Source: Gemmatimonadota bacterium | Lineage (GTDB): Bacteria; Gemmatimonadota; Gemmatimonadetes; Longimicrobiales; Gaopeijiaceae | Length of the DNA: 48,078 nt | Reading direction: 5' to 3' | Assembly: GCA_050050315.1 (NCBI GenBank) | Contig: JASFUL010000001.1 | Coordinates: 1 to 48,078, forward strand | Shown here: piece after piece, positions 17,902 through 25,886 of the stretch | Numbering within the stretch: the first letter of the stretch is position 1 | How the letters are laid out: every line of letters starts with the position of its first letter | Position numbers and translations under genes: made by a program | Notes under the pieces: generated by a model | What the model saw: the letters and a program-made list of their open reading frames with translations, nothing else | Database searches by the model: none | Told to the model about the DNA's origin: nothing

Positions 17902-17985
17902 GACGGGTAGAATTCGCAAGGTCGGGGGGAAGAGTGGCGGGTCGCGCCTACCGCAGCGCCGGGGTCCGGTGGGGCCGGTGGCGGG

Positions 17986-18591
17986 TCAGAAGGAGAAGTG
18001 GACCGGGCCCACGCCCCACTCGTGGCCGACCGTGAACGCGGCCAGGTTCGCGTCGACGGTGCCGGCGGGGACCGTCTCCGCGATGGCGCCGCGCCACGCG
18101 TGGAGGGGCAGCTCCACGTGGTGCGAGACGACGCCGAGGAGCGCCACGCCGGCGAGCTTCGGGTTGCCGAGCTCGGTGGCCGTCCGCAGGGCCGGGAAGA
18201 GCTCGAGGTCGATGTCCCGGGCCCGCGCCAGCCCCTCGAGGTCGTCGGGATAGTCGGCGCTCCGCAGCGCCTCGATCAGCGGCGTGATCCGTTCGTCCCC
18301 GACGACGGCGAGCCCCCCCGGCCGGAGGAGGTCGAGGTGACGGGCGGCCTCGAGGCGCTCGAACGCCACCAGGAGGTCGGCCTCACCCTCGGGCACCACG
18401 GGCGCCAGCTCGTCCGCGCCCCAGCGTACGGCCGTCACCACCGTCCCGCCCCGCTGGGACATCCCGTGCACCTCCGACGTCACCACCGCCCGGCCCGCCC
18501 GTCGGGCGGCCTCGGCGAGGATCCGCGTCGAGAGGACCGATCCCTGTCCCCCCACTCCCGCCAGAACGATGTTCGTGGTCTGCCGGCTCAT
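17986..18591 (-). CDS. iorB: Indolepyruvate/2-oxoacid:ferredoxin oxidoreductase beta (gamma-domain) subunit
   Basis: This is the last 201 aa of track ORF 17986-20997. The ATG at 18591 overlaps the upstream stop (ATGA). Motif: NIVLAGVGGQGSVLSTRILAEAA..EVHGMSQRGG. Confidence 0.85.
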   Translation of the reverse strand: MSRQTTNIVLAGVGGQGSVLSTRILAEAARRAGRAVVTSEVHGMSQRGGTVVTAVRWGADELAPVVPEGEADLLVAFERLEAARHLDLLRPGGLAVVGDERITPLIEALRSADYPDDLEGLARARDIDLELFPALRTATELGNPKLAGVALLGVVSHHVELPLHAWRGAIAETVPAGTVDANLAAFTVGHEWGVGPVHFSF

Positions 18592-21500
18592 CCTCGTCCC
18601 TCCCTGCGTGCCAGGTGTTGCGACGCCAGCTCGGCCGTCCGACGGCCGGTGGCGATCGCCTGGGTGACCGTGCCGTGTCCGAAGGCGGCGTCTCCGCACG
18701 CGAAGACGCCGGGACGGGACGTGGCCCCGGTGAAGTTGGTGGAGATCCTTCCGTTGCTCCGGATGCCGGTGCCGTCGAGGAGGGAGAGGTCCGCGGCTTC
18801 GCCGACCGCCAGGATCACGGAGTCGAAGGGCTCGCCGGTCTCGCTTCCCCCGACGGTCTCGGCCCGCCGGCGTCCGTCCGCCTCGGCCGCCCCCTGTCGC
18901 ATCGCGACGGTCACGATCTCGGCGATGCCGCCGTCGGGTCGCGCGCGCACGCGGACGGGCTGTCGCTGGAAGAGGAAGCGCACGCCTTCCCGGCGTGCCT
19001 CGTCGACCTCCTCCGGGATGGCCGGCATCTCCTCTTCCGTCCGCCGGTAGACGACGACCGCCTCGGCGCCGAGGCGGACCGCCGCGCGGGCGCAGTCGAC
19101 CGCCGTGTTCCCACCCCCGACGATCGCCACCCGGCGACCGATCTCCGGTCGGAGGCCGGCGTTGAAGCGATCGAGGAAGGTGAGGCCCGGAACCACCGCG
19201 TCGCCCACCGACCGCGCCCCCTCCAGGTCGACCACGCGGGAGCGATGATGGCCGACGGCCAGGACCACGGCCCCGTAGCGGGCCTCGAGCTCCTGGAGCG
19301 TCACGTCCTCGCCGACCCGCACGCCACACCGGAAGTCGACGCCGATGGCGCGGAACCGCGCCAGCTCGCCGTCGAGCACCTCCCGGGCCAGGCGGAAGCC
19401 GGGGATCCCCACGCGCAGCATCCCCCCGGGCTCGTCGGCCGACTCGAACACCGTGACCCGCCAGCCGGCCCGGCGGAGCGTCCACGCCGCCGAGAGCCCC
19501 GCCGGTCCGGAGCCCACCACGGCGGCCTCGCCGTCGCGTTCCTCGACGGGTCCGAGGCCCTCCGGGGGGCGCTCGAGGGCCAGGTCGCCGAGCCAGCGCT
19601 CGACCGCCCGCACCGAGATCCGGTCGTCCCGGTCGGCGGCGGGGAACCGATCCACGAGGGAGGGGTGCTCCTCCGCCCGCCGGGCTCCCTGGGGCCACCC
19701 GAGGGAGTTCACCTCCCGCTCGCAGGGGTGGGGACACACGCGGGCGGCCACCGCCGGGAGGGGGTTGGACCGGAGCAGCAGGCGCAGCGCCTCGTCGACC
19801 CGATCCCGGTCCACGAGCTCGAGGAGGAGCGGGACGTCGATGCCCGCGTTGCAGTCCGAGCACACCTGCTGGCACTGGGTGCAGCCGATGCACAGCAGCG
19901 GGCTCACGTGCATGCGCCCGTCGAGCTGCTCGAGCGCCGGGCATCCCAGCTCGGAGCAGGCGAGACATTCGACGCACCGCTCGGGGTCGATCGTCACCGC
20001 CGCTCCGATGCGGAGCTTCTCTTCGAGGACGCACGCCGACCGGGCGACGAGGACCGAGGCCGCGTCGGTCGCGGCGGCCCGGTCCAGGGCTCGCCAGGTC
20101 CCCATCAGGTCGTAGGCGTCGACGCGCTCGACGTCCTCCACGCCCAGGGCGCGGGCGAGCCCCTCGATGTCCACCGCAGGGGCCTCGCCCCCCGAGAGCC
20201 GGTGACCGGTGCCCGGGTGGTCCTGGTGGCCGGTCATGGCCGTCGTGCGGTTGTCCATCACCACCGTGGTGGCCGACCCCTCGTTGTACACGACGTCGAG
20301 GAGGCCCGTGATGCCCGAGTGGTAGAACGTGGAGTCGCCGATCACCGAGACCACCGGCGGGCCGTCCCCCCGCAGCACGTGTGTCATCCCGTGGGCCATC
20401 CCGATGGAGGCGCCCATGCACAGGCACGCGTCCATGGCGTCCAGCGGTGGGAGCGCCCCCAGCGTGTAGCAGCCGATGTCCCCCGAGACGATGGCGCCCA
20501 GACGATGGAGCCCGTGGAAGACGCCGCGATGGGCGCACCCGGGACAGAGGGCCGGGGCGCGCACCGGAAGGGTCGGCAGGGGCGCGGACGGAGCGGCCCG
20601 CGAGTGGGGGTCGGTGGACACCTCCCGGTCCGTACGCTCGCGGGCCCGTCGTGCGCGGCCGTTCCCCAGGAGCGCCTCGACCGACAGCTCGCCCCAGCGC
20701 GGCCACGTCCTCGGTTCGCATTCGACGCCGAGGGCGCGCAGCTGCTCTTCCAGGAAGGGCTCGAGCTCCTCGACCACCAGGACGCGACGCCCTTCCGCGA
20801 AGCGCAGGATGGCGTCGACGGGGAGCGGATAGCTCATCCCGAGCTTCAGCACCGGCGCTCCCGGAAACGCCTCGGCCGCGTACAGGAACGGCACCCCGGC
20901 CGTCACGATCCCGAAGTCCCTCCCCCGGCCTTCCCGCGTCTCGGCCCACGCCTCGGCCTCCGCTTCGAGGGCCGGCATCCTCTGCCCCTCGATCCAACGG
21001 TGCCGGAGACGCCCGTGGGCCGGCAGCACGACGTTCTTCACGCGGTCCTTCCGGTACGGCCGACGGGGGCCGTCCCGGCGCGGGTCGCGGCCCACGAGCC
21101 CCCTCCCGTGCGAGAGGCGCGTGGTGCTCCGCAGCAGCACGGGCGTGTCAAAGCGCTCCGAGAGGTCGAACGCGCGGCGCGTGAAGAGCCGGGCTTCCTC
21201 GGGGGTCGAGGGCTCCAGCAGGGGAAGCCGGGCGGCCCGGGCGAAGTGGCGGTTGTCCTGCTCGTTCTGGGACGAGTGCATCCCCGGGTCGTCGGCCGTC
21301 ACGACCACCAGACCGCCGTTCACCCCCATGTAGGACGCGCTGAAGAGGGGGTCGGCCGCGACGTTCAGCCCCACGTGCTTCATGGTGGCCAGGGCGCGGC
21401 CGCCCGCCAGCGACGCTCCCACGGCCACCTCGAGGGCCACCTTCTCGTTGGGTGACCACTCGCAGTACGGGCCCGCGTCGCCCCCGTCCCCGGGGCCCCC

Positions 21501-21641
21501 GTCGGCGAGTCGTGCGAGGGTCTCGAGGATCTCGGTGCTCGGCGTGCCCGGATAGCCGGCGGCCACCCGGACGCCCCCCTCCCAGGCGCCCCGCGCGATC
21601 GCCTCGTTCCCGGAAAGGAGGGCGCGGGTATCTATGTCCAT
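18588..21641 (-). CDS. Fusion protein: indolepyruvate:ferredoxin oxidoreductase alpha (TPP + 2x[4Fe-4S]) fused to a GltD-like NAD(P)H-dependent FAD oxidoreductase
   Basis: I take the internal ATG 21641 (MDIDTRALLSGNEAIARGAWEGG). TPP motifs are present (GDIGCYTLG, GDSTFYHSGITGLL), as are ferredoxin motifs (CVECLACSELGCP, CIGCTQCQQVCSDC). These are followed by VCPHPCE, AAVVGSGPAGLSAA, VAIVGGGNTAVDCA and GVFACGDA. Confidence 0.85.
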   Translation of the reverse strand: MDIDTRALLSGNEAIARGAWEGGVRVAAGYPGTPSTEILETLARLADGGPGDGGDAGPYCEWSPNEKVALEVAVGASLAGGRALATMKHVGLNVAADPLFSASYMGVNGGLVVVTADDPGMHSSQNEQDNRHFARAARLPLLEPSTPEEARLFTRRAFDLSERFDTPVLLRSTTRLSHGRGLVGRDPRRDGPRRPYRKDRVKNVVLPAHGRLRHRWIEGQRMPALEAEAEAWAETREGRGRDFGIVTAGVPFLYAAEAFPGAPVLKLGMSYPLPVDAILRFAEGRRVLVVEELEPFLEEQLRALGVECEPRTWPRWGELSVEALLGNGRARRARERTDREVSTDPHSRAAPSAPLPTLPVRAPALCPGCAHRGVFHGLHRLGAIVSGDIGCYTLGALPPLDAMDACLCMGASIGMAHGMTHVLRGDGPPVVSVIGDSTFYHSGITGLLDVVYNEGSATTVVMDNRTTAMTGHQDHPGTGHRLSGGEAPAVDIEGLARALGVEDVERVDAYDLMGTWRALDRAAATDAASVLVARSACVLEEKLRIGAAVTIDPERCVECLACSELGCPALEQLDGRMHVSPLLCIGCTQCQQVCSDCNAGIDVPLLLELVDRDRVDEALRLLLRSNPLPAVAARVCPHPCEREVNSLGWPQGARRAEEHPSLVDRFPAADRDDRISVRAVERWLGDLALERPPEGLGPVEERDGEAAVVGSGPAGLSAAWTLRRAGWRVTVFESADEPGGMLRVGIPGFRLAREVLDGELARFRAIGVDFRCGVRVGEDVTLQELEARYGAVVLAVGHHRSRVVDLEGARSVGDAVVPGLTFLDRFNAGLRPEIGRRVAIVGGGNTAVDCARAAVRLGAEAVVVYRRTEEEMPAIPEEVDEARREGVRFLFQRQPVRVRARPDGGIAEIVTVAMRQGAAEADGRRRAETVGGSETGEPFDSVILAVGEAADLSLLDGTGIRSNGRISTNFTGATSRPGVFACGDAAFGHGTVTQAIATGRRTAELASQHLARREGRG

Positions 21642-21814
21642 CAGCCCTTCGGCTTCGAAAACGTCGTCGGCCCCGCCTCTGGCGGAGACTCGTGAAAAAA
21701 GGTGCAATCCCCGAGGGGCCTCCGGGTATCGGGGGATCCGCGCCCCGTCGTGTCGGGGTTTCCCCCACAATCTCCCTGTCCCGGCCCGCCCCCGGCGATT
21801 AAGCTTCAGACACC

Positions 21815-22651
21815 ATGTCCCGCGTGCGTTCCCCGGCCGTGGCCGGACGGTTCTACGCGGCCGATCCGTCGGTCCTCCGGGCCGCCGTGCGCGGCTACCT
21901 CCGGGAGGCGCGCGACGACCCCGCGCTCCCCCGGTCCGCACCACCCGAGGCCCTTGTCGCACCCCACGCCGGGTACGTCTTCTCGGGTCCCGTGGCCGGA
22001 AGCGCATACGCGGCGCTGGCCCGCTCCGGTCGCTCACCCACCACGGTCGTCCTCATCGGTCCGGCGCACTACCGGCCCGTGCGGGGGCTGGCGGTCCCCA
22101 CGGCCCGGGCGTTCCGAACCCCCCTCGGGACCGTGCCGGTGGACGGGGGCGCGATGGAGGCGGCGCGGGCGCTCCCCATCGTCCAGGAGGACGACCGCGC
22201 CCACGCGCCGGAGCACGCCCTCGAGACCCAGATCCCGTTCCTCCAGGTGGTGTTGGGAGACTTCGCCGTCGTGCCGCTGCTGGCCGGCGCTGCGTCGGGC
22301 GGCGAGGTGGCCGCCGTCCTGGACGCCCTGTGGGGCGAGAACACCCTCGTCGTGATCAGCTCGGACCTGAGCCACTACCTCCCCTACGGAGAGGCGCGCC
22401 GGCGGGACGCGCGCACGGCGGCGGCCGTCGAGGCGTTGGATCCGGGGGCGGTCGGGCCCGACGACGCGTGCGGGTGGATGCCGTTGCGGGGTCTCCTGGA
22501 GGCTGCGCGCGGACGGGGCCTGGGGGCCCGGACGCTGGACCTGCGCAACTCGGGCGACACGGTCGGCCCCCGGGACCGCGTGGTCGGATACGGGGCGTTC
22601 GCCTTCGGCGCCGCCGCCGGGGGGAGCGGCCGGGACGGGGGCCATGGCTGA
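21815..22651 (+). CDS. amrB: AmmeMemoRadiSam system protein B (Memo-like)
   Basis: Motifs: PAVAGRFYAADPSVL, APHAGYVFSG, HALETQIPFLQ, ISSDLSHYLPY, ACGWMPL, VVGYGAFAF. Confidence 0.85.
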   Translation: MSRVRSPAVAGRFYAADPSVLRAAVRGYLREARDDPALPRSAPPEALVAPHAGYVFSGPVAGSAYAALARSGRSPTTVVLIGPAHYRPVRGLAVPTARAFRTPLGTVPVDGGAMEAARALPIVQEDDRAHAPEHALETQIPFLQVVLGDFAVVPLLAGAASGGEVAAVLDALWGENTLVVISSDLSHYLPYGEARRRDARTAAAVEALDPGAVGPDDACGWMPLRGLLEAARGRGLGARTLDLRNSGDTVGPRDRVVGYGAFAFGAAAGGSGRDGGHG

Positions 22652-23771
22652 GACGCGCGGGGCCGGGGCCGCCCCTCCCGGGGGCGAGGCGGGCGCCTTC
22701 CAGACGGCGCTGGTCGACGGTCGCGTCCGCTGCGACGTGTGCCCACGGGAGTGCAAGCTGCGGGACGGCCAGCGGGGCCTCTGCTTCCTGCGCAGGAACG
22801 AAGGGGGACGGATCGTGCTGACGACGTACGGCCGTTCCAGCGGCTACTGCGTGGACCCCATCGAGAAGAAGCCGCTCAACCACTTCCTGCCGGGCACGCC
22901 GGTCCTCTCCTTCGGAACGGCCGGCTGCAACCTGACCTGCCGATTCTGCCAGAACTGGGACATCTCGAAGTCCCGCGAGATGGACCGCCTCATGGACGAG
23001 GCGGAACCGCGGACGATCGCCGAAGCGGCCGAGCGGCTGGGGTGCCGGAGCGTGGCCTTCACGTACAACGACCCGGTCATCTTCCACGAGTACGCGGTGG
23101 ACGTGGCGGACGCGTGCCGGGAGCGGGGCATCCACCCCGTCGCGGTCACGGCCGGGTACCAGAAGCCCGCGGCCCGCGAGGCGTTCTACGACCACATGGA
23201 CGCCGCCAACGTCGACCTCAAGGGCTTCCGCGAGGCGTTCTACCGGGAGCTGTGCACGGGCTCGCTCCAGCCGGTCCTCGACACCCTCCTCCACCTCCGC
23301 CACGGGACCGACGTCTGGTTCGAGATCACCACGCTCCTCATCCCCGGCGCCAACGACTCCGACGCCGAGATCCACGACCTGACGGCCTGGATCGTGGACC
23401 AGCTCGGACCCGACGTCCCGGTCCACTTCACCGCGTTCCACCCGGACTTCCGCATGCGGGACCGCCCCCCCACGCCGCCGGCGACGCTCCGGCGCGCCCG
23501 GAAGATCGGCCGGGCCAACGGCCTGCGCTTCGTCTACACGGGCAACGTCCACGACGCCGAGGGCGGGAGCACGTGGTGCCCGGGCTGCGGGCAGCTCCTG
23601 ATCGGTCGGGACTGGTACGTCCTCTCGGCATGGCACCTGGACGCCGGGGGATGCTGCAGCCGGTGCGGGACCGAGGTGCCCGGACGCTTCGAGGCGGAGC
23701 CGGGGACGTGGGGCGCCCGGCGCATGCCGGTCCGGCTGGGGGCCGTCCGGGATCCGGGGGGCTCCCAGTGA
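22644..23771 (+). CDS. amrS: AmmeMemoRadiSam system radical SAM enzyme
   Basis: It overlaps amrB by 8 nt. Motifs: RCDVCPRECKLRDGQRGLCFLRRN, DPIEKKPLNHFLPG, radical SAM CNLTCRFCQNW, HFTAFHPDF, and a C-terminal CPGCG..CSRCG. Confidence 0.85.
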   Translation: MAETRGAGAAPPGGEAGAFQTALVDGRVRCDVCPRECKLRDGQRGLCFLRRNEGGRIVLTTYGRSSGYCVDPIEKKPLNHFLPGTPVLSFGTAGCNLTCRFCQNWDISKSREMDRLMDEAEPRTIAEAAERLGCRSVAFTYNDPVIFHEYAVDVADACRERGIHPVAVTAGYQKPAAREAFYDHMDAANVDLKGFREAFYRELCTGSLQPVLDTLLHLRHGTDVWFEITTLLIPGANDSDAEIHDLTAWIVDQLGPDVPVHFTAFHPDFRMRDRPPTPPATLRRARKIGRANGLRFVYTGNVHDAEGGSTWCPGCGQLLIGRDWYVLSAWHLDAGGCCSRCGTEVPGRFEAEPGTWGARRMPVRLGAVRDPGGSQ

Positions 23772-24718
23772 CGCCGGCCTACCTGGAGCTCGGGCTCGAC
23801 GCGCTGCGGGGGCGGGCGCGACGGGCGCTCCGGGAGCTGGCCGACTGCCGGCTCTGTCCCCGCGACTGCGGCGTGGATCGGCGGTCGGGCAAGTGGTCGG
23901 CGTGCAAGACGGGCCGCTGGGCCGTGGTGTCCAGCGCCTTCCCCCACTTCGGAGAGGAGGACTGCCTGCGGGGGCGGTACGGGTCGGGCACGATCTTCTT
24001 CGCCCACTGCAACCTCCGCTGCGTCTTCTGTCAGAACTTCGAGATCAGCCAGGGCGTGCGGCCCGGACCCCCGAGGGCGGGCGGGGCCCGCCCGTCCTCG
24101 TCCGAGGCCCTCGCCCGCACGATGCTGCGGCTGCAGGCGCTCGGCTGTCACAACCTCAACTTCGTCACCCCGGAGCACGTGGTCCCCCAGATGCTCGAGG
24201 CGCTCGTCCTGGCGGTGGAGGGGGGGCTGGCGCTGCCGGTCGTCTACAACACGAGCGCCTACGACTCGCTCGAGAGCCTCCGTCTCCTCGACGGCGTCGT
24301 GGACATCTACATGCCGGACTTCAAGCTGTGGAGCCCGGAGGCGAGCGAGCGCTACCTGAAGGCCCGCGACTACCCGGAGGCCGCCCGGGCGGCGATCGCG
24401 GAGATGCACCGTCAGGTGGGCGACCTGGTCGTCGGGGCCGACGGCCTGGCCCGGCGGGGCGTGCTGGTCCGACACCTCGTGATGCCCGGGATGCCGGGCG
24501 AGACCGAGGCGATCCTCGACTGGCTCGCCGCCGAGCTCGGCCCGGGGACGTACGTGAACGTCATGGGGCAGTACGGGCCCGCCGGTCGCGTCCGCGGCTC
24601 GGCCTACGCCGAGATCGGCCGGCCGCTCCGGGGAGACGAGTTGGCCGCCGCCGTGGGGTACGCCCGGGACCTGGGGCTCCGGCTGGACGAGCGGCGGAGC
24701 CGGCGCCCGGCGCTCTGA
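23768..24718 (+). CDS. Radical SAM protein, PflX-like (PFL-activase-related, COG1313-type)
   Basis: GTG 23768 overlaps the amrS stop (GTGA). Motifs: CRLCPRDCGVDR, GEEDCLRG..GSGTIFFAHCNLRCVFCQNFEIS (CX3CX2C), CHNLNFVTPEH, YMPDFK. Confidence 0.8.
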   Translation: MTPAYLELGLDALRGRARRALRELADCRLCPRDCGVDRRSGKWSACKTGRWAVVSSAFPHFGEEDCLRGRYGSGTIFFAHCNLRCVFCQNFEISQGVRPGPPRAGGARPSSSEALARTMLRLQALGCHNLNFVTPEHVVPQMLEALVLAVEGGLALPVVYNTSAYDSLESLRLLDGVVDIYMPDFKLWSPEASERYLKARDYPEAARAAIAEMHRQVGDLVVGADGLARRGVLVRHLVMPGMPGETEAILDWLAAELGPGTYVNVMGQYGPAGRVRGSAYAEIGRPLRGDELAAAVGYARDLGLRLDERRSRRPAL

Positions 24719-24850
24719 GGCCCGGCCCGGAGGCGCGGGGTCCGCACCCGCCGGGCCCGCCGCCGGCCGTTCCGCACCCGCGGGTTGCAGCCCGGACGCC
24801 GGTCGCGCACCTTGGAGGCCCTCCCGAAGACCCCTTCAAGGTGAAAGGAA

Positions 24851-25759
24851 ATGAAGCTCGTACGCCCCGCCGCCCTGTCCCTCGCCCTTCTCCTCGCCAC
24901 CGGCTGCGCCGACCCCGGCGCCGACGCGTCGTCGGGGATGGCCGAGGACACCGCCGACGCGTCCGGGGCGGCCATGGAATCGACCGCTCCGAACGGCCCG
25001 CGCGTGGCGGCCACCCCCACGGGTCCGGACGAGCTCCCTCCGGCCATCGTCGGCCGGGGCGGGGAGCTCGAGGGCGAGCCGGTGCGCTACGTGGAGGGGG
25101 ACACCCTGACGACGGGATACGTCGCCGTGCCCGAGGGAGAGGGTCCGTTCCCCGCGCTCGTGCTCATCCACGAGTGGAACGGGCTCAGCGACCGGGTGCG
25201 GCAGGTGGCCGACGACTTCGCGGCCGAGGGGTACGTGACCCTGGCCGCCGACCTCTTCCTGGGCCGCACCGGGTCGAGCGCCGAGGAGAACCGGGCGCTC
25301 GTGGCCGAGGTCCAGGAGGACCCGGAGCAGATGATCGCGAACCTCGACGCCGCCGTGGCCTGGCTCGAGGCGCGGCCCGACGTGACCGGGCGCGTGGGCG
25401 CGATGGGATGGTGCTTCGGGGGCGGGGTCGCGCTCTCGTTCGGGCTGGACGGGGCCAACCACGAGGCCACGGCCATCTTCTACGGCCGGCTGGTCGACGA
25501 CCCCGAAGTCCTGGCCGGGATGGACCACGAGGTGTACGGCACCTTCGCCGAGGAGGACCAGGGGATTCCGCCCGAGGCGGTGCAGCGCTTCGAGGAGGCC
25601 CTGCGTGCCGCGGGCATCGAGAACGACCTCCACATCTACGACGACGTCGGTCACGGATTCTGGCTGCGCGTCGACGGGGATCCCGACACCCGCCGGGCCC
25701 CCGCTCTCGACGCCTGGCAGCGGCTCAAGGCGTACCTGGGGCGCACGCTCGGCGGCTGA
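24851..25759 (+). CDS. Dienelactone hydrolase family protein, probable lipoprotein
   Basis: The signal peptide ends LLLATGC. Alpha/beta-hydrolase DLH motifs are present (PALVLIHEWNGL, GAMGWCFGGG, DVGHGF). AAGG..GAAAGGA lies upstream of the ATG. Confidence 0.85.
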   Translation: MKLVRPAALSLALLLATGCADPGADASSGMAEDTADASGAAMESTAPNGPRVAATPTGPDELPPAIVGRGGELEGEPVRYVEGDTLTTGYVAVPEGEGPFPALVLIHEWNGLSDRVRQVADDFAAEGYVTLAADLFLGRTGSSAEENRALVAEVQEDPEQMIANLDAAVAWLEARPDVTGRVGAMGWCFGGGVALSFGLDGANHEATAIFYGRLVDDPEVLAGMDHEVYGTFAEEDQGIPPEAVQRFEEALRAAGIENDLHIYDDVGHGFWLRVDGDPDTRRAPALDAWQRLKAYLGRTLGG

Positions 25760-25886
25760 GACCCCCGCCGGCGCGCGCTCGCCCGGGGGTAAGCCGGGGT
25801 CGGGCGGGCAACCCTCCTCTCTCCCCTTGTAATCCTATGGGAGTGTTCCCGGAACCACGCACCCCGCACGTGAGGACGACCCCGCC

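Noticed and set aside
17860-17919. N-terminal extension of the TetR ORF to ATG 17919 (MRILPVVQILNTPSNLGGVR).
   Set aside because: The codons are AT3-rich, unlike the rest of the gene. The stretch contains the GTTCAATATTTGAAC palindrome. A TTG start with a GGAGG SD lies at 17859.
18592-20997. N-terminal 800 aa of track ORF 17986-20997 (1003 aa, minus strand).
   Set aside because: Only the last 201 aa (from ATG 18591) look like a real protein (IorB). The upstream part is an out-of-frame read-through of the iorA-fusion gene and is Arg/Gly/Pro-rich.
18615-21455. 946-aa plus-strand ORF opposite the IorA-GltD fusion gene.
   Set aside because: It is antisense to a gene with unambiguous TPP, Fe-S and FAD/NAD(P)H motifs. 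The composition is Arg/Gly/Pro-rich with no recognisable domain.
22739-23767. Upstream 343 codons of track ORF 22739-24718.
   Set aside because: This is an out-of-frame overlap with the well-supported amrS gene, and the product is Arg/Pro/Gly-rich. The recognisable radical SAM protein begins at GTG 23768, which overlaps the amrS stop.
22644-24718. Idea that the two PFL-activase-like radical SAM genes activate a glycyl-radical enzyme of anaerobic aromatic metabolism (benzylsuccinate-synthase type).
   Set aside because: No glycyl-radical enzyme gene is in the window. The first enzyme carries the AmmeMemoRadiSam-specific N-terminal Cys motif and is coupled to a Memo-like protein.
25761-25790. 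Possible terminator hairpin after the dienelactone hydrolase gene (ACCCCCG..CGGGGGT).
   Set aside because: The stem is 7 bp with a 16-nt loop and no U-tract, which is too weak to call as a feature.
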